Shown here piece by piece: positions 63,684 to 64,000 of a DNA stretch of 64,000 nt. Origin of the DNA: an uncultured candidatus Porisulfidus sp. (lineage in GTDB: Bacteria; Pseudomonadota; Gammaproteobacteria; Poriferisulfidales; Oxydemutatoraceae); contig OZ244052.1 of NCBI GenBank assembly GCA_965215125.1, positions 2,144,001 to 2,208,000 of the forward strand, written 5' to 3'. The notes beneath the pieces were generated by a model. The model did no database searches and was not told where the DNA came from. It worked only from the letters and a program-made list of their open reading frames with translations. The translations under genes and the position numbers were made by a program. Positions within the stretch are counted from its first letter, which is position 1. Every line of letters starts with the position of its first letter.

Positions 63684-63998
63684 TTAATCGTTTTTAGTCA
63701 ACACACGAAGTCTGGCGACCAATTTAGAACTCAAATCCTGATTTATAAATGCCAAAGCCCGTTTTTTTTCGTTCATACTAATAGATACATTTTGCGGGTA
63801 ATAAGCATAGCTCGCTTCGGATTGTATTGATTGCATAGCGTATTTTTGTTTTGATTCATCGATATTTATGACAACCTGAAAATCAATTTGAGCTATTAGC
63901 AAGTATTCACGAACTTTTGCATCGTCGCCTAGGGTGATCGCATGCTTCTTGATTTTCCGGTTTTTTATGACAATTCCTGCTGTTGCCGATTGCGGTTC
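63684..63998 (-). CDS. Probable LPS assembly lipoprotein LptE, C-terminal part (5' truncated)
   Basis: Frame open to the window edge: ...AITLGDDAKVREYLLIAQIDFQV...SYAYYPQNV...EKKRALAFINQDLSSKLVARL. Confidence 0.55.
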   Translation of the reverse strand, partial: EPQSATAGIVIKNRKIKKHAITLGDDAKVREYLLIAQIDFQVVINIDESKQKYAMQSIQSEASYAYYPQNVSISMNEKKRALAFINQDLSSKLVARLRVLTKND

Positions 63999-64000
63999 TA

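Overview
64 kb of a moderately AT-rich gammaproteobacterial chromosome (class inferred from the 16S sequence, gene content and a dif-type Xer site). It is mostly core genes: xseA/guaBA, an Fe3+ ABC transporter with a Fur-like box, fabI, clpX-lon-hupB-tRNAs-ppiD, the rpsB-to-lpxA cluster, ffh, mnmA, clpSA, infA, fabD-to-holB, an L,D-transpeptidase/Lpp-like pair, ypjD-CorC-MMPL-fdhD, a rubrerythrin/Fe-S oxidoreductase/DUF3501 cluster, xseB-ispA-dxs and galU. Less obvious elements are: (1) a stand-alone 16S rRNA gene carrying a compensatory A1405-U1496 pair in the decoding site; (2) a dif-like site at 49553-49580, flanked by a shredded DNA-methyltransferase pseudogene and a tandem array of DUF1640/CCDC90-like genes; (3) a dispersed 140-180 bp repeat family with a covarying hairpin that overlaps gene stop codons; (4) a Met-rich Lpp/OprI-like lipoprotein; (5) the end of a cadherin-like repeat protein with a distinctive terminal motif; (6) an O-fucosyltransferase-like gene. 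No CRISPR array, integrase or intact transposase was seen. All family calls come from motif recognition by eye; no searches were run.
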